A DNA stretch of 64,000 nucleotides, from the NCBI GenBank assembly GCA_910577165.1, contig CAJTLX010000003.1, positions 95,458 to 159,457 on the forward strand. Reading direction: 5' to 3'. Source of the DNA: an uncultured Lachnospiraceae bacterium (GTDB lineage: Bacteria; Bacillota; Clostridia; Lachnospirales; Lachnospiraceae). How positions within the stretch are numbered: position 1 is the stretch's first letter; every line of letters starts with the position of its first letter. Below, piece after piece: positions 18,523 to 27,623 of the stretch. The position numbers and the translations under genes were made by a program. The notes beneath the pieces are model-generated. The model searched no databases. It saw only the letters and a list, made by a program, of their open reading frames with translations, and had not been told where the DNA came from.

Positions 18523-18865
18523 GTTCCGCAGAATTTTTACACAGTGCCTTTACTGTGGAAGGATTTTCTTCCCGCTTCGCTCAAAGAGAAATCCTTCCGG
18601 CACTGTTTCAAAATCCTGCTGTTTTTTTAGTTCCGCAGAATTTTTACACAGTGCCTTTACTGTGGAAGGATTTTCTTCCCGCTTCGCTCAAAGAGAAATC
18701 CTTCCGGCACTGTTTCAAAATCCTGCTGTTTTTTTAGTTCCGCAGAATTTTTACACAGTGCCTTTACTATGGAAGGATTTTCTTCCCGCTTCGCTCAAAG
18801 AGAAATCCCTCCGGCACTGCTTCAAAATCCTGCTGTTTTTTAGTTCCGCAGAATTCCGAAAAATT
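18523..18865. repeat. tandem array (3 full units plus a truncated head) of a 107-bp hairpin-forming intergenic repeat
   Basis: Units begin at 18523, 18630, 18737 and 18843. Units 1 and 2 look identical. Arms ACAGTGCC..GGAAGGATTT (18541-18566) pair with AAATCCTTCCGGCACTGT (18589-18606). Confidence 0.9.
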
Positions 18866-19939
18866 TTATTTTTCTGCTTTTTTGATGGCTTCCCACAGAC
18901 CGTTTAAGTAGGCTACACCGAGTGCGCGATCGTATAACCCATATCCCGGTCTTGCTTTTTCGTCCCAGATCATGCGTCCGTGATCCGGGCGCAGTACCCC
19001 GTCAAAGCCAATCTGGTGGAATGCTTTCATAATTTCATACATATCAAAATTGCCGTCTGAAGAGAGATGGGAACTTTCATGGAAGAAATTTTCATTCTCA
19101 TACTTGATATTGCGTACATGGGCAAAGTGAATGCGCGGCGCGATTTTCGGATTGCGAATAATCTTTGGCAGATCATTTTCCAGATTGCTGCCGAGAGAAC
19201 CAGTACAGAACGTAAATCCATTGTAAATGCTCGGGTTTAATTCCGCAATCTTTAAAAGTGAGGCTTCACTTGTTACAATGCGCGGCAATCCGAAGACATT
19301 CCATGCCGGGTCATCCGGGTGTACTGCCATTTTAATTTCGTATTTCTCACAGGTCGGCATAATTGCATCCAAAAAGTACTTGTAATTTTCAAGTAAGCAC
19401 TCCGCAGTCATGCCCTCATATTTTCTAAATAATTCTTTAATTTCGTCCTTGCGATTCGGCTCCCAACCCGGCAGAATAAAGCCACTGCTTGCACTCTCAA
19501 TCCGCGCAAACATATCCTCCGGACGAATTCCCTCAATTACCTGCTTATCGTAGGCAAGCGCGGTTGAGCCGTCCGGAAGGGGAAATGCGAGATCCGTTCT
19601 TGTCCAGTCAAAAATCGGCATAAAATTGTAGCAGACAAGATGCACATCCGCCTCGCCGACACTCTCAAGGGAAGTGATATAATTTTCAATTAGTTGATCG
19701 CGATTAGAGGAACCTAACTTGATATCTTCATGGACATTGATGCTTTCAATGCCAAGAAGTTTCAATCCTGCCGCCTCAATCTCTCTTTTTAATGCCAGCA
19801 CATCCGCCTTTGGCCAAGGCTCTCCCGCAGGGATCTCATGCAATGCGGAAATAACGCCTGTCACCCCTGGAATTTGACGGATCTGCTGTAAAGTTACACT
19901 GTCTTGTTTGCTGCCATACCAGCGCAAAGTCATATCCAT
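18866..19939 (-). CDS. uxuA: mannonate dehydratase
   Basis: 357 aa. MDMTLRWYG.., typical UxuA xylose-isomerase-like TIM barrel sequence (FAHVRN, RPDHG). Confidence 0.92.
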   Translation of the reverse strand: MDMTLRWYGSKQDSVTLQQIRQIPGVTGVISALHEIPAGEPWPKADVLALKREIEAAGLKLLGIESINVHEDIKLGSSNRDQLIENYITSLESVGEADVHLVCYNFMPIFDWTRTDLAFPLPDGSTALAYDKQVIEGIRPEDMFARIESASSGFILPGWEPNRKDEIKELFRKYEGMTAECLLENYKYFLDAIMPTCEKYEIKMAVHPDDPAWNVFGLPRIVTSEASLLKIAELNPSIYNGFTFCTGSLGSNLENDLPKIIRNPKIAPRIHFAHVRNIKYENENFFHESSHLSSDGNFDMYEIMKAFHQIGFDGVLRPDHGRMIWDEKARPGYGLYDRALGVAYLNGLWEAIKKAEK

Positions 19940-19953
19940 ATTTGATTCTCCTT

Positions 19954-20065
19954 ATTTTAGGTTCCGCAGAATTCCTTGCGCAGTGCCCTTACCGTGAAAG
20001 GATTTTCTGTTCGCTTTGCTCAAAGAAAAATCCTTCCGGCACTGTGTAAGAATCCTGCTGTTTTA
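19954..20065. repeat. single copy of the intergenic hairpin repeat family
   Basis: ATTTTAGGTTCCGCAGAA..GCAGTGCCCTTACCGTGAAAGGATTTT..AAAATCCTTCCGGCACTG..TCCTGCTGTTTT between the aguA stop and the uxuA RBS. Confidence 0.8.
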
Positions 20066-20072
20066 ATAATTT

Positions 20073-22106
20073 TTAATATATCGTGCGTCCTTTTTCGTCA
20101 GGGATTCCCGACATACGAAAATAGTAGGTATTGATGCGGTCACGCCATTCCTTGGCATGGTCGGACTGTATTTTCAGTCGGGTATGAATATGTTCGAAAA
20201 CAGCTGGCGGCAATATATGTTTTAGCGCGTCAAAATCCAATAACATATTTTGTGCCTGCATCGCGCCCTCAAAATGACTGTCGTAGATATGCTGAATCAA
20301 GGTTTTGCCCGTCTTTAACATATAGGTATATGGCACATGGTGGAAAAACAATAAAAGCTTTTCCGGGCAGGTTTCAATATTTTCGTACATCCTGCGGTTC
20401 GGTTCATTGTACTGTGCCACATAGCCCGTCCCCGCCATTGTTCGGTCAACCCCCATCCCATGGCAGTCGGAATAATGATATGTACCCCAGCGATCATACT
20501 CATACCCATCCACATTTGGTCCATAGTGGTGTGACGGATTGACCATCCAGCCAATTCCAAGCGGAGAAGTATATTTTTCATAAATTTCCCATGAGGATAA
20601 AAGCATTGGCAGCATACATTCTAAAATCTCCCGGTTGCTGCCATAAGTGGAGCGCGTCCACTCCTTTGCAATTTCCTCCGCTGAAAGTTCTGTGTCAAAG
20701 GCAAGTCTTCCGAACCCGTAAAAATTTGCTGCTGCCATATCATGCCCCGTCCAGTTCTCGTCATCACCTGTGTTGGCTACAGCTGCCATTCCACAGTTTT
20801 TTTGTCCGTAAAATCTGCCTGATACAATATCTGCCACAGTGTCCGCACCGGTCTGTCCCGCCGCGTAGGTCTTGAAATTAAGCACTTCCTTCCACATTGG
20901 AATTAGATAACATAAATGTTTTTGCTGTCCTGTATATTCCTGTGCCGCCTGCACTTCAAGCATCATATTGGTGGCTTTAAGTCCTGAAAAAAGCGGGGAT
21001 ACTGGCTCACGCACCTGAAAATCCATCGGTCCGTTTTTGATCTGTAAAATCACATTGTCCGCAAACTCGCCATCGAGCGGCATAAAATTATCATATCCTG
21101 CCTTTGCGCGATCCGTCTTTCGATCGCGCCAGTCCTGACTACAGTTGTAGACAAAACAGCGCCAGATAATTTTTCCGCCGTAAGGAGCAATGGCTCTCGC
21201 TAACATATTAGCTCCCTCCGCATGGTTTCTTCCGTAGGTAAATGGTCCCGGGCGGCCCTCGGAGTCTGCCTTTACCAAAAAACCTCCCAAAAGCGGCACT
21301 GCGGTATAGACCTCCTCCATTTTTTTCTTCCAGAAATTCTGTACATTCCTATCAAGCGGATCACAGCTTGCAAGTGCACCAAGTTCCATTGGTGCGGCAA
21401 AATTAAGGCTCAAATAAAGCTTTATCCCATATGGAGCAAAAAGTTCGGAAAGTTTTGCAAGTTGCGGCAAATAGCGTCCTGTGATTAAGCTTGTCGCCGC
21501 GCCGCGCACATTGACATTGTTGATCACTGTGCCGTTGATGCCGATCGAGGCCAAAAGCCTGGCATAATCTTTTACGCGCTCGTTAATTACGAGTTCGTGA
21601 TTGACAAAAAAGAAAGAATTTCCCGCGTAGCCGCGCTCGATGGTGCCGTCCGTATTGTCCCAGTGGTTTAACATACGAAGCGGGTTTGCTGGTGATTTTT
21701 CTAAGGTTTGTTTCCCGGAGCAGATTTTTGAAAATAGTGTTGGATTTGTCTGCATTGTGCGGATCAATGCAAATGTTCCATATAAAAGTCCACTCTTCCC
21801 TCCGCCGCAAATCACAAGTCCCGGTTTCTTTTTGTAAATCTGATATCCCTCTTCATTTGGTATCGATCCATCGATCTCCATAAAGATCGCACCCCGCCCC
21901 GTATGCGTCCCCTGCAGGGCAAGAGCTGCCATTTTAGGATCGGAGATATGGTTTAACTTTACTTTTGCCAGTCTCTTTGCTGCCATCTGCAATTCTTCTG
22001 TGGCGAGAAGTACAGTTTTCTTCTCTGTATCCGCATAGAGCGTATCAAATGGAAAGCGAAGATGATCGACGGTCTGATAGTTTAACCAGGCTTCCGAATA
22101 GGTCAA
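20073..22106 (-). CDS. aguA: alpha-glucuronidase, glycoside hydrolase family 67
   Basis: 677 aa. AWLNY N-terminus, RMLNHWDN, VKADSEGRPGP and GMAAVANTG motifs typical of GH67. TTG start 6 nt after GGAGGG. Confidence 0.92.
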   Translation of the reverse strand: MTYSEAWLNYQTVDHLRFPFDTLYADTEKKTVLLATEELQMAAKRLAKVKLNHISDPKMAALALQGTHTGRGAIFMEIDGSIPNEEGYQIYKKKPGLVICGGGKSGLLYGTFALIRTMQTNPTLFSKICSGKQTLEKSPANPLRMLNHWDNTDGTIERGYAGNSFFFVNHELVINERVKDYARLLASIGINGTVINNVNVRGAATSLITGRYLPQLAKLSELFAPYGIKLYLSLNFAAPMELGALASCDPLDRNVQNFWKKKMEEVYTAVPLLGGFLVKADSEGRPGPFTYGRNHAEGANMLARAIAPYGGKIIWRCFVYNCSQDWRDRKTDRAKAGYDNFMPLDGEFADNVILQIKNGPMDFQVREPVSPLFSGLKATNMMLEVQAAQEYTGQQKHLCYLIPMWKEVLNFKTYAAGQTGADTVADIVSGRFYGQKNCGMAAVANTGDDENWTGHDMAAANFYGFGRLAFDTELSAEEIAKEWTRSTYGSNREILECMLPMLLSSWEIYEKYTSPLGIGWMVNPSHHYGPNVDGYEYDRWGTYHYSDCHGMGVDRTMAGTGYVAQYNEPNRRMYENIETCPEKLLLFFHHVPYTYMLKTGKTLIQHIYDSHFEGAMQAQNMLLDFDALKHILPPAVFEHIHTRLKIQSDHAKEWRDRINTYYFRMSGIPDEKGRTIY

Positions 22107-22270
22107 AATAATCCCTCCTGTACTTTTTATTTCCTATCATTTTCTGTATTTTATTATAGCAAAGAGGGCTGTAATTTTCTATTCTTTTATTGCGGAGGAC
22201 TGACCAATTATTGTTTTTAGCAAAATATTGCCTTTATCGCTATTTAGCCAAACAAAAAGAGGCTTAACTG

Positions 22271-22301
22271 AAAATAATTCCCCAACTAAAATCAGTTGGG
22301 G
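22271..22301 (-). terminator. rho-independent terminator after the NlpC/P60 gene
   Basis: Minus strand CCCCAACT-gatttt-AGTTGGGG followed by AATTATTTT. Confidence 0.7.
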
Positions 22302-22310
22302 AACTTCAGC

Positions 22311-23423
22311 CTAATAAATATAGTCGATAAAGTTTTTAATCTTAACCACTTTGCGGTAATTTACATTTGAGATCTTGCAGCCTTCTTTTCTGCCGCTCTC
22401 ATGAATTACCTTGTTATTGCCGATATAGAGAGCCACATGGTCAACTCCGCTACGGGAACCATAAAATACCAGATCACCCGGCTTTGCATTCGCTAAGGAA
22501 ACGGTTTTGCCTGCGGAGGATGCCGCCATAGCGTAGGAAGTTCTAGGCATTTTCTTTGTGCTGATTCCACAGGCGCGATATACAGCCAGACAAAAACCGG
22601 AACAGTCCGCACCCTTTGTCAGACTGGTGCCGCCCCATACATAGCGCAGACCAATATGCTTTTTCGCTTCTGCAACTACTTTTTGCCGGATCGAGGAGAT
22701 CGAGGCATCAATTGGATCAATTTTTACTGCGGTCTTCCAATCGTAGCCGACACTGACAAATTCGCTGCTGAGATATCCATAGGAATCCCCGTCCGATTCT
22801 TTTAAGTCAGAACTATCCACGATCACCTTTACCCACATCAATGCTTTCTCATCTGTCTTATTTAAGATTGCTTCCTCCACTACCTCAAGTTTCTCGCCGC
22901 GGCTCACCTCCATAATAATTGTGTCATCGCTTGCGGTGGAAGGCTCCGTGCGGACATTGACCGAACCCGCAGTAACCGTGGCGGTCAGCGTCACAAGTTC
23001 ACAGGCTTTGTTATAGCCCTCCTCACCCATAAAGAGATAGTCGGTCTTGATATAACCAGTGACACCTCCGGACTTAATATGCGCCCAGCCATCTTTTTCA
23101 TCCAATACAATACAGTATGCGTTGCGCGGAAAAATACCAATAATATTGTAATTTGTTCCCGCACCCTCGCGAATATTGCAGGAATCCTCTACATTTGCAA
23201 TCGCCACATTCTCAGGAATCGTCACTTTGTCAGAAAGCAACGTGGCTGTTGTTTCCTCCTCACTCTCCCCCTCTTCCTTTGTAGTAAGATAATTTTCATA
23301 AAGATAAGAAAAACCGCCAAGCGCACTCGAATCACTGTCTGCTAGGGTAGAAACAAGCGATGCCGATGAAAGCATGGTAACTGTCAGGGCAGTAAACGCT
23401 GCCTTCTTCACGATTCTTTGCAT
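22311..23423 (-). CDS. secreted NlpC/P60-family peptidoglycan endopeptidase with SH3-like repeats
   Basis: Signal peptide, two SH3b-like segments (NIREGAGTNYNIIG.., VNVRTEPS..), and a C-terminal catalytic domain GADCSGF..DHVALYIG. Start taken at MQRIVKK (GGAGG 5 nt upstream). Confidence 0.88.
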   Translation of the reverse strand: MQRIVKKAAFTALTVTMLSSASLVSTLADSDSSALGGFSYLYENYLTTKEEGESEEETTATLLSDKVTIPENVAIANVEDSCNIREGAGTNYNIIGIFPRNAYCIVLDEKDGWAHIKSGGVTGYIKTDYLFMGEEGYNKACELVTLTATVTAGSVNVRTEPSTASDDTIIMEVSRGEKLEVVEEAILNKTDEKALMWVKVIVDSSDLKESDGDSYGYLSSEFVSVGYDWKTAVKIDPIDASISSIRQKVVAEAKKHIGLRYVWGGTSLTKGADCSGFCLAVYRACGISTKKMPRTSYAMAASSAGKTVSLANAKPGDLVFYGSRSGVDHVALYIGNNKVIHESGRKEGCKISNVNYRKVVKIKNFIDYIY

Positions 23424-23491
23424 ATGAGCCTCCATAAATATTAAATCAATATTCCAAATTATTACGAAGTTGTTAACTTTATTACGAACTT

Positions 23492-23520
23492 ATTATAACA
23501 ACGTTTCAGAATTTTGTCAA
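23492..23520 (-). promoter_or_regulatory. sigma-A promoter of the NlpC/P60 gene (with duplicated -35 module)
   Basis: TTGACA (23520-23515), 17-nt spacer, TATAAT (23497-23492). A second identical ATATTGACAAAATTCTGAAA copy lies 22 bp further upstream. Confidence 0.55.
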
Positions 23521-23563
23521 TATTATTTCAGAATTTTGTCAATATTTATGGGATGGTTTTTCA

Positions 23564-25582
23564 TCAAACTTTAAAAGTATCAATCATATCGTTTAATGAG
23601 GTCGCCTGTGCGGAGAGCTGTTCGCTCGATGCAGCACTCTCCTCCGCCATCGCAGAATTGTCGGTTACCACGCCCGCAATCTGCTCGATCCCCTTCTCTA
23701 CTTCGCTGAGGCTGTCCATCTGTCGATGCGCCGCCAGGGATAATTCATCCATCATTCCAGCCAGTCCGACAACGCCCTCGACGGACTCTGCCAGACGCTT
23801 GGCCGCCTTGTCCACCAGTTCCATTCCATGACCTACAGCATTCACTGAATTTTCAATTAGTTCCGTTGATTTTTGTACGGCAACAACACTTTCTTTGGAG
23901 AGATTGCCAACCTCGCCCGCAACAACAGCAAAACCCTTGCCCATCTCCCCGGCTCTCGCCGCCTCAATTGACGCATTTAGGGAGAGCAGACTGGTCTGAT
24001 CAGCGATCTGTTCAATATTTGCAATGATCATACGGATCGAATCGGAACAATTATTGATCTCCTGCATTGCCTCCACCAACTGACGCATTTCCTGATTACT
24101 GGTTTCAATTTTGAGTTTGACCTCGTCCGCATTGTTTACCGCACCCTTTGCATAATCGGCATTTTGCCGCACCTGGTCGGCAATATCGGTCACGGTCGCC
24201 AAAAGTTCATCCACTGCTGCTGCCTGATTTGTCGCGCCTTCCGCTAATGCCTGTGCCGCCTGTGAAATCTGACCTGCTCCGCCGTTGACCTGATCCGCCG
24301 AGGCACGAATTCCCTTGATGGTATTGGTCATCCGGTTTGCAATATGCCCAAGTGCCTCCTTAATCTTGCCAAATTCGCCCGCATAATCCTGCGTCAATTC
24401 AAAGAGCAGATTTCCGTCCGCGATCTCGTCAAGTACCTTTGCAATTTCATCGATATATCGGATATAATCTTTCAGGCGAAAAACAGTCTGGCGAATCGCA
24501 TCTGCCACCTCGCCAATCTCATCGTTTGACTGTATATCAAGTGTTACTTCAAGCTCCCCGCGCGCAAGTTGTTCTGCCACCTCATGCAGTTCGTGGATCG
24601 GGCGTACAATACCTTTTGCAATCTTTGAAATAATAATGCAGAGTACACCGATAATCATTCCGAAGAGGAACAAGACACCTGATACAAGTTTAAAAAGGTC
24701 TGAATTATATTCCGCATCCGGAATACCACTTAAAACTACCCAGCCATTTGAGCTTACCTCACTCATATAGCCATGGTTCTTATGTCCGCCATAGCGATAT
24801 GTAAATTTGTCATATGTCTTACTGGAAAGCGCGCTCTTTACCCCGGAAGAAATATCAAGATTTTCAAAGTAGGTCTGTTCTTCAGAAGTATTCGGCGAAT
24901 ACATCACCATGCCGGATCTTGTCATCAAAAAGAAAAATCCTGTCTTTCCCAGTGTGTGTTCCGCCATCATCTCCGTGACTGCCTTTAACGACAGATCGAG
25001 GGAAGCAACCCCGACAAGCGTTCCAGACGCATTGTAAATCGGAGTTACAATACTGGAGATCAGATTTCCGTCCGAACTGTTGATATATGGCTCGGATACG
25101 ACGGTTCCCCCGCAAGCAACCATTTCTTTATACCAACTGCGCTGTGTGATCTCCCAGGACTCGTCGCTGACATATCCCGTGTCCTCAGTAAACTGGCTGG
25201 AATCAAAATCTGCCACCCAGACGGCCGTCATATTTACCGGATCAGTATTGTGCATATTTTTCAGCGTTGTCATAATACAATCGTATTCTTCCATATCGGA
25301 AATTTTTTGTCCCGGCTGAAGCGATTCACAAAATTCAATTACTTCCTGGTTTGCTGCAAGTTGTTTGCTCACTTCCATATACTTTGTAAAATACTCACTG
25401 ATCTGATAGGACGCATTTAGAGAACTATTTTTAATGTTCTCATTCTGTAATTTTTGAATCGCGCTCCCCGCAATAATGGAAATTAGGATTGCCGCGATCA
25501 CAAGCCCCGCGATCATAGGGACGATCGTGCGGAATAAAAGTTTTTTCTTTATTGCCCCCCGATTTGATGTTGAATTCGCCAT
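23564..25582 (-). CDS. methyl-accepting chemotaxis protein (dCache-type sensor, HAMP, MA domain)
   Basis: 672 aa. Two TMs flanking a Cache-like periplasmic domain, then HAMP, then the highly conserved signalling hairpin [31 protein letters not shown]. Confidence 0.93.
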   Translation of the reverse strand: MANSTSNRGAIKKKLLFRTIVPMIAGLVIAAILISIIAGSAIQKLQNENIKNSSLNASYQISEYFTKYMEVSKQLAANQEVIEFCESLQPGQKISDMEEYDCIMTTLKNMHNTDPVNMTAVWVADFDSSQFTEDTGYVSDESWEITQRSWYKEMVACGGTVVSEPYINSSDGNLISSIVTPIYNASGTLVGVASLDLSLKAVTEMMAEHTLGKTGFFFLMTRSGMVMYSPNTSEEQTYFENLDISSGVKSALSSKTYDKFTYRYGGHKNHGYMSEVSSNGWVVLSGIPDAEYNSDLFKLVSGVLFLFGMIIGVLCIIISKIAKGIVRPIHELHEVAEQLARGELEVTLDIQSNDEIGEVADAIRQTVFRLKDYIRYIDEIAKVLDEIADGNLLFELTQDYAGEFGKIKEALGHIANRMTNTIKGIRASADQVNGGAGQISQAAQALAEGATNQAAAVDELLATVTDIADQVRQNADYAKGAVNNADEVKLKIETSNQEMRQLVEAMQEINNCSDSIRMIIANIEQIADQTSLLSLNASIEAARAGEMGKGFAVVAGEVGNLSKESVVAVQKSTELIENSVNAVGHGMELVDKAAKRLAESVEGVVGLAGMMDELSLAAHRQMDSLSEVEKGIEQIAGVVTDNSAMAEESAASSEQLSAQATSLNDMIDTFKV

Positions 25583-25692
25583 AGTTTCCTTCTCCTTTTG
25601 TTTTCCTGTGGAATGGATATCATCTTATTTGCATTTTTATTATACTCCTGTCCTCATGGTTTTCGCAAGCACAATTTCCGATATTTCATTAT

Positions 25693-25739
25693 GGAAAAAA
25701 ATGAAATCACGGAACCTCCACGCACAGAGATTCCGTGAT
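25693..25739 (-). terminator. rho-independent terminator after the second GH43 gene
   Basis: Minus strand ATCACGGAA..TTCCGTGAT 9-bp stem followed by TTCATTTTTTTCC. Confidence 0.75.
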
Positions 25740-25762
25740 GATTAAAATTCAATCAGGATAAA

Positions 25763-27406
25763 TTATTTTTGGCTGCCCCATATGCAGACATTTCCGCCTG
25801 CTGCGGTGAAGCAGGTAACCACCTTGTGGATTCCTTCATTAGCCTGACGCAGGAAGTATCCCTTGTACTCCACGCCATCTATCGTAATCGTCATATTTGC
25901 TTTTCCATCTTCATAGCTCCATGTGCCAGTATAATCGCCTGTCACTGTACCATCCTCATTTAACTGAATGGTTTCTGTATCCACAAGCCCAAGAATCTCA
26001 TTATCCATCTTTCCCATGCCATAATACATTACTGGATTATGGACAATAAATTCATATTCGCCGACCATCTGTTCTTTCTCCAGATTTGTTTTTGGCAGCT
26101 CTTCGCCGGAATACTCGTAAGGTGCAGCAATCAGCCAGCCATCCTCATTGACAAAAAGCTGCTGCACACGCACTTCATGCGCTTCCTCAATACCGCCCTT
26201 GCCATTTGCAAATCTTGTGTGGTACACCACGTAAACTTTTCCATCATCGTCCACAAAGGCTGAATTATGTCCCTGCGCTACATGGGTTTCGAAATTGCCC
26301 TCAAGCTTGTAGGAGGACATTAATCGTAAGCCAACTTTTCCCTGCAAATTATTGGTCATCGGGTGTGAGTAGATCGCTGAGACACCGTTCTGATCAACAT
26401 ATGGACCAGTGATTTGCTCTGAGCGGAACATACGCATCTGATAGCCGCCCTGTGCGGTTAACCCGCCATAAGAAACAAAGAGATAATAGTAATCCCCGAC
26501 TTTAAAGATATATGGTGCCTCGCCGGAAACTCCATGTCCGCCCGCAATTTTAATGCCATTGTAGGCATCCGAAACATCCTCCACTGTTTCATAGGTGTAA
26601 GTGTAGTCGCGAAGCCCGGTTTCCTTGTCCAATTTAAGCATATATAACCCGCCAAACCAGGAGCCATAGACCATCCACAGATCCCCGTTCTCATCAAATT
26701 TTACGCAAGGGTCGATGGCATTTAGTTTGTTTACGCTTGTACTCTGATAGCGGGTCAAATCTGCATCCTCGCCAAGTACCTTATATACATCCGTACGCTC
26801 CACCGGATGAGTGGTAGTATTAAAACCGGAGTAGACAACTGGTCCGGCATACTCGTAAGGTCCTTCTATTTCGTCCGCAGTAAGCAGCGTGATCACTGAA
26901 TTCCAATCATTTCCATTTACGCTCATATACATACAGTATTTTCCCATGTTCTCATTGTAAATGACATCCGGTGCCCACAAATTGCCCATTACATTTGGGT
27001 TGTCCTCCGACTTGCTCCAATCTTCCCAGATCTCGCCAAATATCCCGTTCACGGTCTCATTAATATTTGTTTTAAATGTTGTCCACGAAATCAGATCCTT
27101 ACTTTTTGCCCAGGCTGAGTGTGTGCCGAAAATATAGTAGGTATCCTCCACTTTGACAATGGACGGATCATGTACGCTAACTCGCTTATAACTGATATCG
27201 ATCTCCTCGAAAGGAGTGGGCTCAGGTGTTGATTCGACAGGGGTTGGTGTCAGTGTATCTTTTCCCACCTCGGTCGGCACGCCCTGTGTAACTGCGGCAG
27301 TCGGCTGCGGGTTTTCCTTTTCCGAATCGTCACCGCATCCGGTCACTGCGACGGATAACATCGCAGCGGACAAAAGCCCATAAGTAATTTTCTTTCTCAT
27401 TTCCAT
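25763..27406 (-). CDS. glycoside hydrolase family 43 lipoprotein (arabinanase/arabinofuranosidase-like)
   Basis: Lipobox SVAVTGCGDD, GH43 N-terminal motif VSVHDPSIVKVEDTYYIFGTH, LWAPDV, EAPYIFKVGDYYYLF. Start at MEMRKKI (AGGAGG 7 nt upstream). Confidence 0.85.
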   Translation of the reverse strand: MEMRKKITYGLLSAAMLSVAVTGCGDDSEKENPQPTAAVTQGVPTEVGKDTLTPTPVESTPEPTPFEEIDISYKRVSVHDPSIVKVEDTYYIFGTHSAWAKSKDLISWTTFKTNINETVNGIFGEIWEDWSKSEDNPNVMGNLWAPDVIYNENMGKYCMYMSVNGNDWNSVITLLTADEIEGPYEYAGPVVYSGFNTTTHPVERTDVYKVLGEDADLTRYQSTSVNKLNAIDPCVKFDENGDLWMVYGSWFGGLYMLKLDKETGLRDYTYTYETVEDVSDAYNGIKIAGGHGVSGEAPYIFKVGDYYYLFVSYGGLTAQGGYQMRMFRSEQITGPYVDQNGVSAIYSHPMTNNLQGKVGLRLMSSYKLEGNFETHVAQGHNSAFVDDDGKVYVVYHTRFANGKGGIEEAHEVRVQQLFVNEDGWLIAAPYEYSGEELPKTNLEKEQMVGEYEFIVHNPVMYYGMGKMDNEILGLVDTETIQLNEDGTVTGDYTGTWSYEDGKANMTITIDGVEYKGYFLRQANEGIHKVVTCFTAAGGNVCIWGSQK

Positions 27407-27570
27407 TTTGCATCCTCCTGATTTTTTTATAGCCCCCATTTTTCAGTTCTTTAGAAAAACTTAAATTGTTTTACGTTTTTCTAAACTTATAATCTTATTA
27501 TACAATACAAGATCTGAAATGTAAATAGGATTTGTGCAATTTGTTGAAATTTTTCTCCTCTTAAACTTAA

Positions 27571-27609
27571 ATAAAATAAAGTGCCGCCTGGAATAAATTT
27601 CCAGGAGGC
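27571..27609 (-). terminator. rho-independent terminator after spoIVA
   Basis: Minus strand GCCTCCTGG-aaatttattc-CAGGCGGC followed by ACTTTATTTTAT. Confidence 0.7.
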
Positions 27610-27623
27610 ATCTCACACTCTAT

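Noticed and set aside
18523-18865. Possible CRISPR array
   Set aside because: The units are contiguous, about 107 bp long, with no unique spacers between short repeats. No cas genes are in the window. This is a tandem repeat, not CRISPR.
18327-18907. Track ORFs 18327..18737 (+, 136 aa) and 18662..18907 (+, 81 aa) spanning the uxuA-uxuB gap
   Set aside because: They are read through the tandem DNA repeats, so the peptide sequence repeats with the DNA period. They have no RBS and lie antisense to the operon. They are artefacts of the repeat array.
23459-23488. TTCGTAATAA repeats as Zur half-sites
   Set aside because: They are direct repeats, not inverted, and are spaced 20 bp apart. This does not fit the Zur dimer operator, and the gene is a cell-wall hydrolase. 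The observation is kept only as an unexplained direct repeat.
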